From NCBI GenBank assembly GCA_964021635.1, contig CAXHZZ010000001.1, forward strand, positions 12,762-76,761: a DNA stretch of 64,000 nucleotides. Reading direction: 5' to 3'. Below are positions 43,101 through 48,860 of the stretch, piece after piece; within the stretch, counting starts at the first letter, position 1, and each line of letters opens with the position of its first letter. The position numbers and the translations under genes are program-made. Source of the DNA: an uncultured Tenacibaculum sp. (lineage in GTDB: Bacteria > Bacteroidota > Bacteroidia > Flavobacteriales > Flavobacteriaceae). The notes beneath the pieces are model-generated. The model saw only the letters and a program-made list of their open reading frames with translations. It had not been told where the DNA came from and searched no databases.

Positions 43101-43630
43101 CGTCATGTGCACAAAGCTCAAGTGACCCGATAGACATTGAAGATATTCAAGCATTAACGATGTTTATTGACGATTCACAAAAAAATAAGTTAATAGCAAA
43201 TGTAGACTTTGGTTTACCACCTTATAACTTTACTGTTGATGGAGTTGATTACGGAGAGGAAAATGAATTTACAATCCTACAAACAAAAGATTACACGATA
43301 ACAGTAACCGATGCAAGAGGTTGTCAGGTAACAATAACGATAAGAGGTGTTTATGTAACTATTACGGTGTTAAATTTATTTACACCAGATGGTGATGGTA
43401 CAAATGATTTCTGGTACCCATTAGAAGTAGAGCCATATCACAACTTAAGGGTGTTTATTTATGATAGATACGCTCGTAAAATCGTTAATTACCAAGGTGT
43501 TGTACAAGGTTGGGACGGAACTTATGATGGTAAACCATTACCAGCAGGAGATTACTGGTATACTATTTACTTTAATGAGTTATCAGGAGAAGAGAAAAAG
43601 TTAATGGGACACTTTACATTATATAGATAA
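25103..43630 (+). CDS. sprB: Giant gliding-motility adhesin SprB (6175 aa), T9SS type B CTD
   Basis: Signal peptide; dozens of SprB-type repeats (C...G.I.....GG..PY.Y...F..L..G.Y.V.V.D.NGC); CTD NLFTPDGDGTNDFW...IYDRY...GWDGTYDG..LPAGDYWY...GHFTLYR; followed by sprF. Confidence 0.9.
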   Translation: MMKKILIILVFLITTFTFSQEKEVINDKNKVVKESIGYKKTQEVFSLGKKPPSFDQRIIKPDGSAGGINIKGNITFIANNILSKYESSGGNGNGNGNGNGNGNGGGGSDIDPNDPYDGSESNGSLDMQYIDTDGDNTTFSSSSDILALATCSRVVYAGLYWAGVYPRDTWSGSNRSGDFKNIKFKLPGGAYQAIQADEIDTSKRELIIDNGFTYICYKDITTDVQSLTTTANPDGHNGTYFAADIKGVRGDDPNGLGGAAGWTMVVIYENQTESSKNIAVFDGFAEVDGSNNVDLSYTGFITVPVGPDASNPAPVRATLLAATLEGDRSITGDSFQINDEEDGTGNYIDQFTTNLNQADNFFNGSITRYDNYVTTRTPDSENTLGFDVDLYELNNPNNSVITNGQTTANVRFTTSGDVYYPFLNALAVEIIQPEVQLLKTITDPGGEEISGTPVGLGAELFYNITFQNVGTDDATNTIITDRLPKNVDLLEVAAPNGSAAPDGTRFNIDLPAGVTIVAYDPPAVDNGFRAELQFSVPDSMVLEGGDLHEIDIRVQVVTDCNDLRDVCSNEIQNQAFASYQGIKGGVLIDNEPSFAGVDDCNFGVVGTSNFLVDTSGCTFERSEVLCGASIDIVAGNGFDTYSWEEASNPGVILGTNQTLTVTQAGTYIVTKIAPVGCIDATETVNVVSFNDEPNPLAPFASQVLPECNGFELAEVYLCGINSSIDIDLPFTGATTVNWFKLDAASTCTVQAVEGCANLDTDCDWTNIGTELDKNFDTEGEYRLEVLYDGRCPQTYYFNVYKATLNPTITTQDIVCNTPGSIVITNVPDGYEYSLTGPGGFNEPFSTNATFSITDAGDYDLSIRLIGAPAGSCTYTQENINIQSPPIQLNVTQGTLNCSDDVIQITASVSGVPGGYSYEITRDGVPAANSGGFIANSSQTFDFNDGGTFVTTITTEDGCTATDTRVINKPDPITLLATTTKNISCVDGSSDGIITLTPGGGTLLPGLTYNISLISAPASVTTPAAVTGTTYNVANGNEGTYVFEVTDSNNCSTTATATVVVEPEVQFTTDTTDISCNGLTDGQINVSINGADLGYTFEYSIDAGANWNATGVFANLAANTYTVRVRASKTGYQCIYDIENIEIEEPAALTGGSTAHTDHSCDTNGNTIQGTITFTDPSGGTGAYTFYYKLAADATYTAATSNPVINLAAGTYNIRVEDANGCPRDLADVVIDPIPGAPTFNQTVVYNCEGEGTITITPFDASYTYTLDGTIVQTGANANVFTDVAVGAHSIRVNYFGNCRTDIPVTVAGGNAFSGDIRATSDSECFGSDNGSITIGASNVIGTSFEYSTDGGSTWSFTADNPYRVVGLAAGTYDVFIREVDGGTTCVIDLGDVTITQPDELTLTAAVDQQPTCSGPPAGTIIASASGGVPPYEFSIDDGATWQSSNIFNDVPGRVTDYIVMIRDSRNCNECGCTSNLFENGSFEQPLVNRPPAPNFQFINEDDVPGWDTNDPTNVIELWQSGFLGVPAHDGNQFAELNANNPGSLFQEYCTQPGDVINWSVAHRGRDGVDEATVKIGGDLATAAVVETMSDGNTAWGVYIGTYTVPVGQSTTVIAFDALSAVGGRSVGNFIDDVQITIARNNCVPVNVSVQSPIDVEFTVTPETCYNATSNNGTLTVDVTAGNDDYQFSIDNGTTWQTPDVATPNQYIFTGLTAGTYNVTVQDGLGCTIPPVTATINPQIGATVATTNENCEDLGQITITPTGGDGNYQYVVTPIAPTAGAVTTSTTSPINVAAGSYTVSVRDQNGDAGFCEYTEDVTITRIADPTIVVTETQPDCNGDTGSVSIAISNGTADYTTTITLQGAPGTEQTSGASSDVSVSFNGLANGTYDIETTDANGCTDTAEITIAAPNPLSGDSRESQIYTCAQLGEITVENVTGGTAPYTYTLSDGTTSTAFTTDTVTFDYTFEDLTDGTYTVTITDANSCSFTVTPDITIAPLPEEPTFSNAVTYNCDGTGTITLTQLTPAAAGTYNYTLGGTTNTTGIFSGLSDGTYVVSIDYGSSCTTTVDNITVLDNQEFTAQVTDQSNPVCIGNTNGSIEVTAYFPAPTTLPADFEYSLNGAAFTAAATNPFTISGLADNTYNIVVRPTGSTTDCNITLAPVTLSDPSVINVAASVTKLITCDADPLNGATITITPTTSGGNGGPYTYELFDNATGTAPAVQTGAPFTDIDTAGNYWVVASDVEGCTSAPIMVTVPDAIVVTFTVTPEVCYNATSNNGTLTVNILTGNGNYTYSLDGGTTTQTSNIFTGLTDGTYDVTVTDGFNCTATVTGVVINPQIGATVATTNENCEDLGQITITPTGGDGNYQYVVTPIAPTAGAVTTSTTSPINVAAGSYTVSVRDQNGDAGFCEYTEDVTITRIADPTIVVTETQPDCNGDTGSVSIAISNGTADYTTTITLQGAPGTEQTSGASSDVSVSFNGLANGTYDIETTDANGCTDTAEITIAAPNPLSGDSRESQIYTCAQLGEITVENVTGGTAPYTYTLSDGTTSTAFTTDTVTFDYTFEDLTDGTYTVTITDANSCSFTVTPDITIAPLPEEPTFSNAVTYNCDGTGTITLTQLTPAAAGTYNYTLGGTTNTTGIFSGLSDGTYVVSIDYGSSCTTTVDNITVLDNQEFTAQVTDQSNPVCIGNTNGSIEVTAYFPAPTTLPADFEYSLNGAAFTAAATNPFTISGLADNTYNIVVRPTGSTTDCNITLAPVTLSDPSVINVAASVTKLITCDADPLNGATITITPTTSGGNGGPYTYELFDNATGTAPAVQTGAPFTDIDTAGNYWVVAIDSESCRSIPFQVNVPVRETIVFTATPQCYDGANGIIDLDVTDGNGTYEYSLDGTNFTPFAPANATTFSITGLSNIAYTVTIRDIAGCTEVANVTINDALVASATPTDISCNDGQILVSPTGGSGTYEFSAVPDGNAAGAFSATNPIVITAAGTYDVYVQDDAGCEYIVQDVIVNAITPVAITATPNQPVCNGDLGSIDGVITANTGQGPFTITITNSAAVLVETISNFSGTNFSFNNLPAESYTISITDALGCTDTISPAIELVDPTPIVINIEPVLPPDCVVADPVNTGFDFNFGSLTLADYTPYTLEYSLDNGATWTAMSSLATSVVAGDNLYSVRGLVQGQTYYPSIRIVDGGATRCQLDNGIFVMPFQVAGIVVQITPGGDCVTGYTIEVVAEGGNGPFEFGISTDDPINTNIWYGALQPGPVDLDPGNLNSDFRRYVFSDIIPGLNYLFYVRDTDTNCIQTNDPDIPIIFPDSNFDVNITPTASSQACSAANNGSLSFEIEDTDGVLAGEDVNWQLYDGVTDSPIAGINGTLTAPITYPFTLDGSVPGAGGLDGLSSGLYFVVIEVDAGAPTACQWASGDIEIIETQPISADLSVVSNITCSTNGVVRIDNVTGGTAPYTYTVAGATNFVTTDAVVTGNTIEFGYADVTDTTLDVTNITVTVTDSNGNSCATTVGPVDLTVSQPPVIVSTTPNSCDANKTITVRVNSGTGPYQFSVDGGTFSSAIALDGGLGYAEFIAQNLTPGNHVITVRDANGCTVDTNADIQPDLEYEVNLTKNLTCDTPSPANEATYEIDNVTGSGTYTYLITRDDSGANTVVVTAGTALPATPFTFSTATADVYTITITDTAEGCTNTKVFTVAPAVLPIFTTSVTNATCDGSATGSIAVDVTGGLTPYTYSIVKTDLPALGAGLATWDAASNSFINVPAGEYTVTVTGDNACSTDETGILVEDNDVLTVNAPTPVQFGCTTGNTVNNATLSIRAEDTFGVSGGTGTYTTVELYQDVNLDSPATTTDDVLVNTVTVTGTTYEFSISDLAGGSYYVRIVDSANCEAVSASTDINAFEPIEDINITSVKDIDCATGENIEVKTSTDIANVTYNITNAPGAYAGSTTETAVLATDSVSFTDLPTGSYTITATYPVTGCVFTKTYTVGTAPDFTVIANNPQATCFGASGGSIDISFDASTLYAGDYTYVVMDDNGTPGNLLDDNDITATTTADGIGVGNTVETIGGLLATPVGFNYYVIITMTDTPFCTERTNEFTITQPTAAITVTGVVDPGVSCEGLSDATITATGANGFGGYTYQLEDTATNAVIAAFDFATNGTNNVFTGLPAGDYTIRVRDVNDCEGTSAAVIVADPDPVSFTVDETDNACDTNVGGSIEVIAEGGTGTYTYTLSNGSGVVSTQVVTIIAPATTETYTFSSLTADTYTVSVTDSNGCAQQAPVDVIISENLIFTLDETKNLTCNAPTAAEVVIEVASGSGTYTYGITGPSATVASGAAFTSPLTFNPTAVGTYTVTITDTASTPNCSVTRTIDIAAAVLPIFTTSVTDATCNGGANGSIAVAVTAGLTPLAYSIVQTAGSGLVAGQATWDAASNSFINVPAGEYTVRVTGDNDCFTEEADIVVADNPILTVTAPAAVQFGCTTGNDVNNATLSIDTSSDVGGGSLSYTIVELYNDNGTPADLTDDVLVNTVTVTGTTYEFSISDLAGGSYYVRIVDSANCEAVSASTDINAFEPIEDINITSVKDIDCATGENIEVKTSTDIANVTYNITNAPGAYAGSTTETAVLATDSVSFTDLPTGSYTITATYPVTGCVFTKTYTVGTAPDFTVIANNPQATCFGASGGSIDISFDASTLYAGDYTYVVMDDNGTPGNLLDDNDITATTTADGIGVGNTVETIGGLLATPVGFNYYVIITMTDTPFCTERTNEFTITQPTAAITVTGVVDPGVSCEGLSDATITATGANGFGGYTYQLEDTATNAVIAAFDFATNGTNNVFTGLPAGDYTIRVRDVNDCEGTSAAVIVADPDPVSFTVDETDNACDTNVGGSIEVIAEGGTGTYTYTLSNGSGVVSTQVVTIIAPATTETYTFSSLTADTYTVSVTDSNGCAQQAPVDVIISENLIFTLDETKNLTCNAPTAAEVVIEVASGSGTYTYGITGPSATVASGAAFTSPLTFNPTAVGTYTVTITDTASTPNCSVTRTIDIEAATIPSFTASVITDNICNAASNGAIRVTAIENGISPLTYTISPSVGTFDTATNTFEGLPAGTYTITATGDNGCPFDVIETINENPIIDISGAVTVTDFDCAVGTNTTNNATVSVDTTGAGGTGDFVRAIFVYDNGTPADTSDDITQDSGVFNFTITNEAGGEVTVTVFDSNNCSDSATRTIAPFARITAVTITPDRAIDCNEGEDILATYTSTLPIANVEYRLYNNTSNALLETRAVDGDFVTLLPTGVYRIEVENTDTNCVFTEFYTVNDAPVFDLIIDNIQRACFNGTASVDVSFSPTSTYGGDYTYEVFNVGGVTTGITGAGVGTTATTITGLAAGNYYVTISMIDTPFCSPESNPFEIVQPTVDLALSEELTYIKCTPTDSGQVSLTATGGWGVYEYELVNNTTGNTIQAFDTNAVITGLIAGDYTATVRDANNCIEAITFTLDDGIPITGTFTVTPNVCIDESTATITVTPDPLTGQVQAAPLTYSYILEYPDGTRTASQSSNTFTNLPAGIGYYVLVADGYSCDGRVGPIDIVDPTEVVASADILSVITCSSSGLAIVEVSGSGGTGPYEFSTDGINFIAANAAPNHRFDLPAGEHQLYVRDSESCISDAITVRINPYTDVTATLDVSSAFITCNGDANGVLIADAEGGFGNYEYQLVDENDVEIRTWQSDNSFAGLGVGTYKINVRSTNAAGEVCSTVTGEYPIAEPIALTGTAVATQNVTCFGGSTGIITAQGFDGNGGYEYNLISVPANPLYPADKFVTNGVFENLPAATYYVTIKDVIGCTIVPPIEVVITEPDALQISLNSVTQQTCLDDPAPTISVDVQGGTLPYFISINNVEIATPYNTGTISLGAAEGIEDDTVYVISVRDSGGGCPSVALPAITTDQAIDLDLTVDWEYTCPVGNIIVAIVADQYKNNMSYTLYDGAGNAVATNTTGEFVDVAAGNGYTVTATNTTSSCAQSSSDPIDIEDIQALTMFIDDSQKNKLIANVDFGLPPYNFTVDGVDYGEENEFTILQTKDYTITVTDARGCQVTITIRGVYVTITVLNLFTPDGDGTNDFWYPLEVEPYHNLRVFIYDRYARKIVNYQGVVQGWDGTYDGKPLPAGDYWYTIYFNELSGEEKKLMGHFTLYR
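25370..25411 (+). repeat. In-frame hexanucleotide microsatellite (GGAAAT)7 encoding (Gly-Asn)7
   Basis: Seven exact GGAAAT copies near the sprB 5' end. Confidence 0.95.
30304..31812 (+). repeat. Direct repeat A, copy 1 (1509 bp)
   Basis: No difference found by eye versus 32092-33600; offset 1788 bp (596 codons). Confidence 0.93.
32092..33600 (+). repeat. Direct repeat A, copy 2
   Basis: Same boundaries (aattaatccgcagatagg...ctgggtagtagc); shadow ORFs 31402-31674 and 33190-33462 are identical. Confidence 0.93.
36649..38210 (+). repeat. Direct repeat B, copy 1 (1562 bp)
   Basis: Matches 38653-40214 at offset 2004 bp (668 codons); two synonymous differences seen (38143/40147, 38167/40171). 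Confidence 0.93.
38653..40214 (+). repeat. Direct repeat B, copy 2
   Basis: Boundaries aacagatgatgttttag...attgatattg; shadow ORFs 36901-37143 and 38905-39147 are identical. Confidence 0.93.
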
Positions 43631-43632
43631 AG

Positions 43633-44580
43633 ATGAGAAAGATATTAATAACAATAGGTATCCTAATTTGTAGTGTCAAATTGGTAGCTCAAGAGGTAAA
43701 TTTACCTCAATATATAAGCCATATGGCAGATAACCCTTTTTTAATATCGCCAAGTTATGCAGGTATTGGAAGTGGGTTACAGGTACGATTAAACGGTGTA
43801 AGCCAATGGATTGGTGTTGATGGAGCTCCTGATACACAATCGTTAGTGGTTGAAGCGCGTTTAGCAGAACGTTTTGGTGGTGGTATTACTATTTTTAATG
43901 ATAAAAACGGATTTACTTCTCAAAAAGGAGTAAAGTTATCATTGGCAAGTCATTTAACATTAAGTAATTTTCATGATAGCTTTTTATCATTTGGTTTAAG
44001 CTATAATTTTGTGCAATTTGGTATCGATACTTCAGAGAATAATTCAGGAGAAACTGTTCCTAATAGAACACTGTCAAACTCTAATTTCGATGTAGGAATG
44101 TTATACCGTTACGAACGATTTAGTGTAAGTGTAAATGCAAATAATCTTTTAAATAAAAAAATAGATAATTTTGCAACCAATGAACCAGAATCTTTACGAA
44201 GATTTACGTTATATACGTCGTATGTTTTGGCAAGGATTAGTAATATGATAGAAATAGAACCTTCTATTTTTGTTGAATACTACGAAGCAGATAAAAGATC
44301 GAGAACCGATATGAATGTGAAAGTAAGAAAAGGTATTAATGATGGTTATGTGTGGGCAGGTTTAAGTTATACCTTCTTAAACGATCAATTTTTTGTACCT
44401 AATGCAATAGCACCATTAATAGGTTTAAAAAAGAACAACTTATATATGTCTTACGGGTTTAGTGTAAACGTAAATAAAACTCAAGACTTTAATTACGGTA
44501 CACACATGATTACGCTTGGTTTTGATTACGATAGAAGACCTAGTTTGGCTCGTTGTACACAGAAAATGATGATTTTTTAA
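43633..44580 (+). CDS. sprF: SprF (PorP/SprF family T9SS outer membrane adaptor)
   Basis: NPFLISPSYAG, QWIGVDGAPDTQ, FNDKNG, GTHMITLGF; 2 bp after the sprB stop. Confidence 0.9.
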   Translation: MRKILITIGILICSVKLVAQEVNLPQYISHMADNPFLISPSYAGIGSGLQVRLNGVSQWIGVDGAPDTQSLVVEARLAERFGGGITIFNDKNGFTSQKGVKLSLASHLTLSNFHDSFLSFGLSYNFVQFGIDTSENNSGETVPNRTLSNSNFDVGMLYRYERFSVSVNANNLLNKKIDNFATNEPESLRRFTLYTSYVLARISNMIEIEPSIFVEYYEADKRSRTDMNVKVRKGINDGYVWAGLSYTFLNDQFFVPNAIAPLIGLKKNNLYMSYGFSVNVNKTQDFNYGTHMITLGFDYDRRPSLARCTQKMMIF

Positions 44581-44601
44581 AAAAACAAAATAATATAGTA
44601 A

Positions 44602-44636
44602 GATCCTCAAGCTAAAACTTGGGGATTTTCTTTTTC
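44602..44636 (+). terminator. Terminator of the spr operon
   Basis: atcctcaag/cttggggat stem (one G-U pair) followed by a T-rich tract. Confidence 0.7.
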
Positions 44637-44645
44637 TTTGCACTA

Positions 44646-45533
44646 ATGGAAAACAAGAATAAAATATCAACAAATCTTAATAAATTTATCAGCAGTACCG
44701 GGATTTGTTCTCGTAGAGATGCTGAAAAATTTATTGCAGCAGGTAGAGTAACCATCAATAAAAATGTTGCTCAACTAGGTAATAGAGTTTTTGAAGGAGA
44801 TAAAGTACATGTTGATGGCCGTTTATTAGAACCAAAACCTACTACGCTCTACATCGCATTAAACAAACCCGTAGGTATTGTTTGTACGACCGATAGTAAA
44901 GAAAAAAAGAATATTGTAAAATTTGTAGGCCATCCAGAAAGATTATTCCCTATTGGACGATTAGATAAACCATCTGAAGGTTTAATTTTTTTAACCAATG
45001 ATGGTGATATCGTTAATAAAATTTTACGTGCAGGGAACAACCACGAAAAAGAATACATTGTTTCGGTTGATAAACCAATAACAGATGATTTTATCGCAAG
45101 GATGGGTAATGGAATTCCTATTTTAGGAACCGTAACTCAAAAGTGTAAGGTTAAAAAAATAAATGATTTTACATTTCAAATTATTTTAACCCAAGGTTTA
45201 AATCGTCAAATACGCAGAATGTGTGAATATTTAGAATACGAAGTAACGAAGTTAAAGCGCGAACGTATTATGAATGTTTCTTTAGACAAACTAAAACCTG
45301 GTGATTGGCGAGAGTTAACAGCTGATGAAATGAAAGAAATCAATAAAATGATTGCTAGTTCCTCTAAAACAGAAGAAGCATCTACAGTTGTTGAGAAAAA
45401 AAAGCCAAAACAACCGAAGAAGAAAGAAGTGAAAAAGCAAGACGATTTTAATAAAAAAAGTGCTGCTTTTAGAAAGAACTCTCCGAAAACAAAAAGAAAC
45501 TCTAATCAGAAATTTGGACGTAAACGTAAATAA
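44646..45533 (+). CDS. rluF: 23S rRNA pseudouridine synthase RluF (RsuA family)
   Basis: S4 domain (CSRRDAE), [40 protein letters not shown]; Lys-rich tail. Confidence 0.88.
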   Translation: MENKNKISTNLNKFISSTGICSRRDAEKFIAAGRVTINKNVAQLGNRVFEGDKVHVDGRLLEPKPTTLYIALNKPVGIVCTTDSKEKKNIVKFVGHPERLFPIGRLDKPSEGLIFLTNDGDIVNKILRAGNNHEKEYIVSVDKPITDDFIARMGNGIPILGTVTQKCKVKKINDFTFQIILTQGLNRQIRRMCEYLEYEVTKLKRERIMNVSLDKLKPGDWRELTADEMKEINKMIASSSKTEEASTVVEKKKPKQPKKKEVKKQDDFNKKSAAFRKNSPKTKRNSNQKFGRKRK

Positions 45534-45644
45534 AAAGCCTTTATAAAGAAGTTAGTTGTAGGTGTGAAAGGTGAAATTGATGCAGCAGCCAACTACATAC
45601 TAATTATTATGATTTTATTTACTTTTCCAATTCTTAAATAAGCG

Positions 45645-45652
45645 TATATTTG
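45645..45652 (+). promoter_or_regulatory. -7 promoter element for tgt
   Basis: TATATTTG, 6 nt before the ATG at 45659. Confidence 0.65.
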
Positions 45653-45658
45653 CAACTT

Positions 45659-46789
45659 ATGCAATTCGACTTAAAAACAACCGACCCAAAAAGTAAAGCA
45701 CGAGCTGGTGTTATTACAACCGATCACGGAACAATAGAAACTCCAATATTCATGCCTGTAGGTACAGTAGGTACTGTAAAAGGTGTGCATCAATCAGAGT
45801 TAAAAAACGAGATCAATCCAGATATAATTTTAGGAAACACCTATCACTTATACTTACGCCCTAAATTAGAAACTTTAGAAGCCGCAGGAGGTTTGCATAA
45901 GTTTATGAATTGGGATCGTAATATTTTAACAGACAGTGGTGGATATCAAGTGTATTCCCTTTCTGGACGAAGAAAAATTAACGAAGAAGGTGTGAAGTTT
46001 AAAAGTCATATTGACGGATCTACACATTTCTTTACACCAGAAAACGTAATGGAAACTCAACGTACCATCGGTGCCGATATTATTATGGCATTTGATGAGT
46101 GTACACCGTATCCTTGTGATTATAATTACGCAAAGCGCTCTATGCATATGACGCATAGATGGCTGAAAAGATGTGTAAATCATTTAGAAAAATTACCTTT
46201 TAAGTACGGATACGAACAAACATTTTTTCCTATTGTACAAGGAAGTACTTATAAAGATTTAAGAAAGCAATCTGCTGAATATATTGCATCTGTAGGTGCA
46301 CAAGGAAATGCCATTGGTGGCCTTTCTGTAGGAGAGCCTGCAGAAGAATTATACGCAATGACAGAAATAGTTACAGCTATTTTACCTGAAGATAAGCCTC
46401 GTTATTTAATGGGTGTAGGAACACCTATTAATATTTTAGAAAACATAGCCTTAGGTATTGATATGTTCGATTGTGTAATGCCAACACGTAATGCACGTAA
46501 TGGTATGTTGTTTACAGCACACGGATCTATAAATATTAAGAACAAAAAGTGGGAGCAAGATTTTTCTCCTATCGACGAAATGGGAATTACTTGGGTTGAT
46601 ACCATGTACTCGAAAGCATATTTACGCCACCTTTTTGCAGCAAAAGAAATGTTAGGTAAACAAATAGCATCTATTCATAATTTAGGATTCTATTTATGGT
46701 TAACAAGAGAAGCAAGAAAACACATTTTAGCTGGAGACTTTACAGAGTGGAAAGATAAAATGGTAAAACAAATGGACAATCGTTTATAA
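45659..46789 (+). CDS. tgt: tRNA-guanine(34) transglycosylase
   Basis: TPIFMPVGT, NTYHL, TDSGGYQV, FDECT, GGLSVGE, YLMGVG, DMFDCVMPTRNAR. Confidence 0.97.
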   Translation: MQFDLKTTDPKSKARAGVITTDHGTIETPIFMPVGTVGTVKGVHQSELKNEINPDIILGNTYHLYLRPKLETLEAAGGLHKFMNWDRNILTDSGGYQVYSLSGRRKINEEGVKFKSHIDGSTHFFTPENVMETQRTIGADIIMAFDECTPYPCDYNYAKRSMHMTHRWLKRCVNHLEKLPFKYGYEQTFFPIVQGSTYKDLRKQSAEYIASVGAQGNAIGGLSVGEPAEELYAMTEIVTAILPEDKPRYLMGVGTPINILENIALGIDMFDCVMPTRNARNGMLFTAHGSINIKNKKWEQDFSPIDEMGITWVDTMYSKAYLRHLFAAKEMLGKQIASIHNLGFYLWLTREARKHILAGDFTEWKDKMVKQMDNRL

Positions 46790-46799
46790 AAACTAGTTT

Positions 46800-47885
46800 T
46801 TGAAAATACTTGATTGGTACATATTAAAGCGTTATTTAGTAACTTTTTTGTTTACTTTATTAATACTAATACCCATTGCGGTAGCTATTGATATTGCAGA
46901 AAAAATAGATAAATTTTTACGTCATGAAGACTTAACTTTATATGAAGTAGTAGTTGACTATTATGTAAATTTTATAATCTACTATGCAAATACATTTATG
47001 CCTTTGGCATTGTTTATTGGCGTAATTTTATTTACATCTCGATTAGCAAATAACACAGAAATTGTAGCTATAAATGGCTCTCAAGTATCGTTTACTCGTT
47101 TTTTATACCCTTATTTTATAGGAGCGACTATAGTTTGTTTTGTTGCTTTATCTATGAATCACTTTTTTGTACCTACAAGCAGTAAAACAAGAAAAACTTT
47201 TGAAAAAAAGTATTTAAGTAAAAAAAAATATACCGATAATACCGTACGAGAATTTAGTTTACAGTTAAATGATAGTACTTATGTGTACCTTCAACGCTAC
47301 GATTTAAAAAGAAACTCAGGTTATAATTTTTCTACAGAAACTTATGACGGGATCCAATTAAAGCAACAGTTAACAGCTGATAATATTAATTGGAAAGAGA
47401 AAGACAGTGTTTTTAAACTTTATAATTGGAAAGTAAGAAAAATATTTAAAGATAAAGACAGCATATTCTCGGGTTCTTCATTAGATACGGCTTTTGCTTT
47501 TTCCCCTAAAGATTTTAATTACAAAAATATTTTAGCACAAGAAATGAGATCACCAGAACTCATTAAATTTATTGAGGTTTCTAAAAGTAGGGGAGCAAAA
47601 AACTTAAATGTATATTTAGTTGAATTATATAAACGTACAAGTTTACCTGTGGCTTGTTATATTTTAACACTCATAGCAGTAGCTCTTGCTTATAAGAAAA
47701 AACGAGGCGGAATAGGTTTAAACTTAGCACTAGGAATTTCAGTAATGTTTATTTACGTTTTTTTCTTAAAAGTTGCAGAGGTTTTAGGAGGAGTAGCAGG
47801 CGCAAATGCTTTATTAAATGTATGGGTACCAAATATGGTATTTGGAGCTTATGCAATTTACTTATACATTAATGGAAGGAAATAA
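46800..47885 (+). CDS. LptF/LptG family LPS export permease
   Basis: MKILDWYILKRYL, 3+3 TM helices around a periplasmic domain, NNTEIVAI, WVPN; TTG start. Confidence 0.9.
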   Translation: MKILDWYILKRYLVTFLFTLLILIPIAVAIDIAEKIDKFLRHEDLTLYEVVVDYYVNFIIYYANTFMPLALFIGVILFTSRLANNTEIVAINGSQVSFTRFLYPYFIGATIVCFVALSMNHFFVPTSSKTRKTFEKKYLSKKKYTDNTVREFSLQLNDSTYVYLQRYDLKRNSGYNFSTETYDGIQLKQQLTADNINWKEKDSVFKLYNWKVRKIFKDKDSIFSGSSLDTAFAFSPKDFNYKNILAQEMRSPELIKFIEVSKSRGAKNLNVYLVELYKRTSLPVACYILTLIAVALAYKKKRGGIGLNLALGISVMFIYVFFLKVAEVLGGVAGANALLNVWVPNMVFGAYAIYLYINGRK

Positions 47886-48771
47886 ATTAAAAAACTACCT
47901 ACACTTACATTTTATTGTTTTTATTTGGGGGTTTACTGCAATACTGGGTGCATTAATATCTATAGATGCAATTCCTTTAGTTTGGTTTAGAATGTCTTTG
48001 GCAGTAGTGTTTATAGCGCTCTATTTTGTTATTAGAAATAAATCATTTAAAGTAGATAAAATAGGATTGCTAAAGTTTGCAATATCGGGTATAATTATAG
48101 CAGTACATTGGGTTACTTTTTTTCAAGCTATAAAAGTATCAAATGTATCAGTTGCTTTGGTAACGATGAGTACAGGGGCTTTTTTCGCATCGTTAATAGA
48201 ACCTATCTTTTTTAAAAGAAGAATTAAAGCTATCGAGATTTTATTGGGTATACTAGTAATTGCAGGTCTATACATTATCTTTAATTTTCAAAGCCAATAT
48301 ACATTAGGAATTATTTATGCATTAGTTTCAGCCTTTTTATCAGCATTATTTGCTGTTTTAAACGGGTTATTTATTAAAAAATATGATGCGAATATTATCT
48401 CTTTTTATCAATTAATGTTTGGTGCTTTAGGGATAACTTTATACTTATTATTTACACAAAAGTTTTCTATTGAATTTTTTCAAATATCAACAAACGATTG
48501 GTTATATCTACTTATATTAAGTAGTATATGTACAGCATATGCTTTTATAGCTTCTGTACAGGTAATGAAATATTTAACGCCATATACCGTAATGTTAACG
48601 ATTAACTTAGAACCTGTTTATGCTATTGTTTTAGCGTTGATCATATTCGGAGAAAAAGAACAAATGAGTACTGAGTTTTATTACGGAGCATTTATCGTGC
48701 TTTTTGTAGTTTTATTAAACGGCGTTTTAAAAAACACTAATTTCATAAAAAGCAAGTTCAGTAAAAAATAG
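47872..48771 (+). CDS. DMT/EamA family transporter
   Basis: ~10 TM helices, two EamA halves, NLEPVYAI; likely start MEGNK at 47872 overlapping the upstream stop. Confidence 0.88.
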   Translation: MEGNKLKNYLHLHFIVFIWGFTAILGALISIDAIPLVWFRMSLAVVFIALYFVIRNKSFKVDKIGLLKFAISGIIIAVHWVTFFQAIKVSNVSVALVTMSTGAFFASLIEPIFFKRRIKAIEILLGILVIAGLYIIFNFQSQYTLGIIYALVSAFLSALFAVLNGLFIKKYDANIISFYQLMFGALGITLYLLFTQKFSIEFFQISTNDWLYLLILSSICTAYAFIASVQVMKYLTPYTVMLTINLEPVYAIVLALIIFGEKEQMSTEFYYGAFIVLFVVLLNGVLKNTNFIKSKFSKK

Positions 48772-48860
48772 TATTATTAAAAAAGGTAAAAAGCTAAAAT
48801 TTACAATTTTTTAGTATGTTTGCCTTTACAAACGACTAATATAAAATCAAACTATATATA

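Noticed and set aside
25103-43630. CRISPR array or IS-mediated duplication
   Set aside because: No short repeat-spacer periodicity, cas genes, transposase, terminal inverted repeats or target-site duplications. All repeats lie in one intact reading frame.
20993-44580. The sprCDBF operon itself as a new system
   Set aside because: The gene order matches the operon characterised in Flavobacterium johnsoniae. Only its internal architecture and leader motif are reported as findings.
45534-45658. preQ1 riboswitch upstream of tgt
   Set aside because: No preQ1-I consensus stem-loop with A-rich tail, and the segment lies upstream of the apparent tgt promoter.
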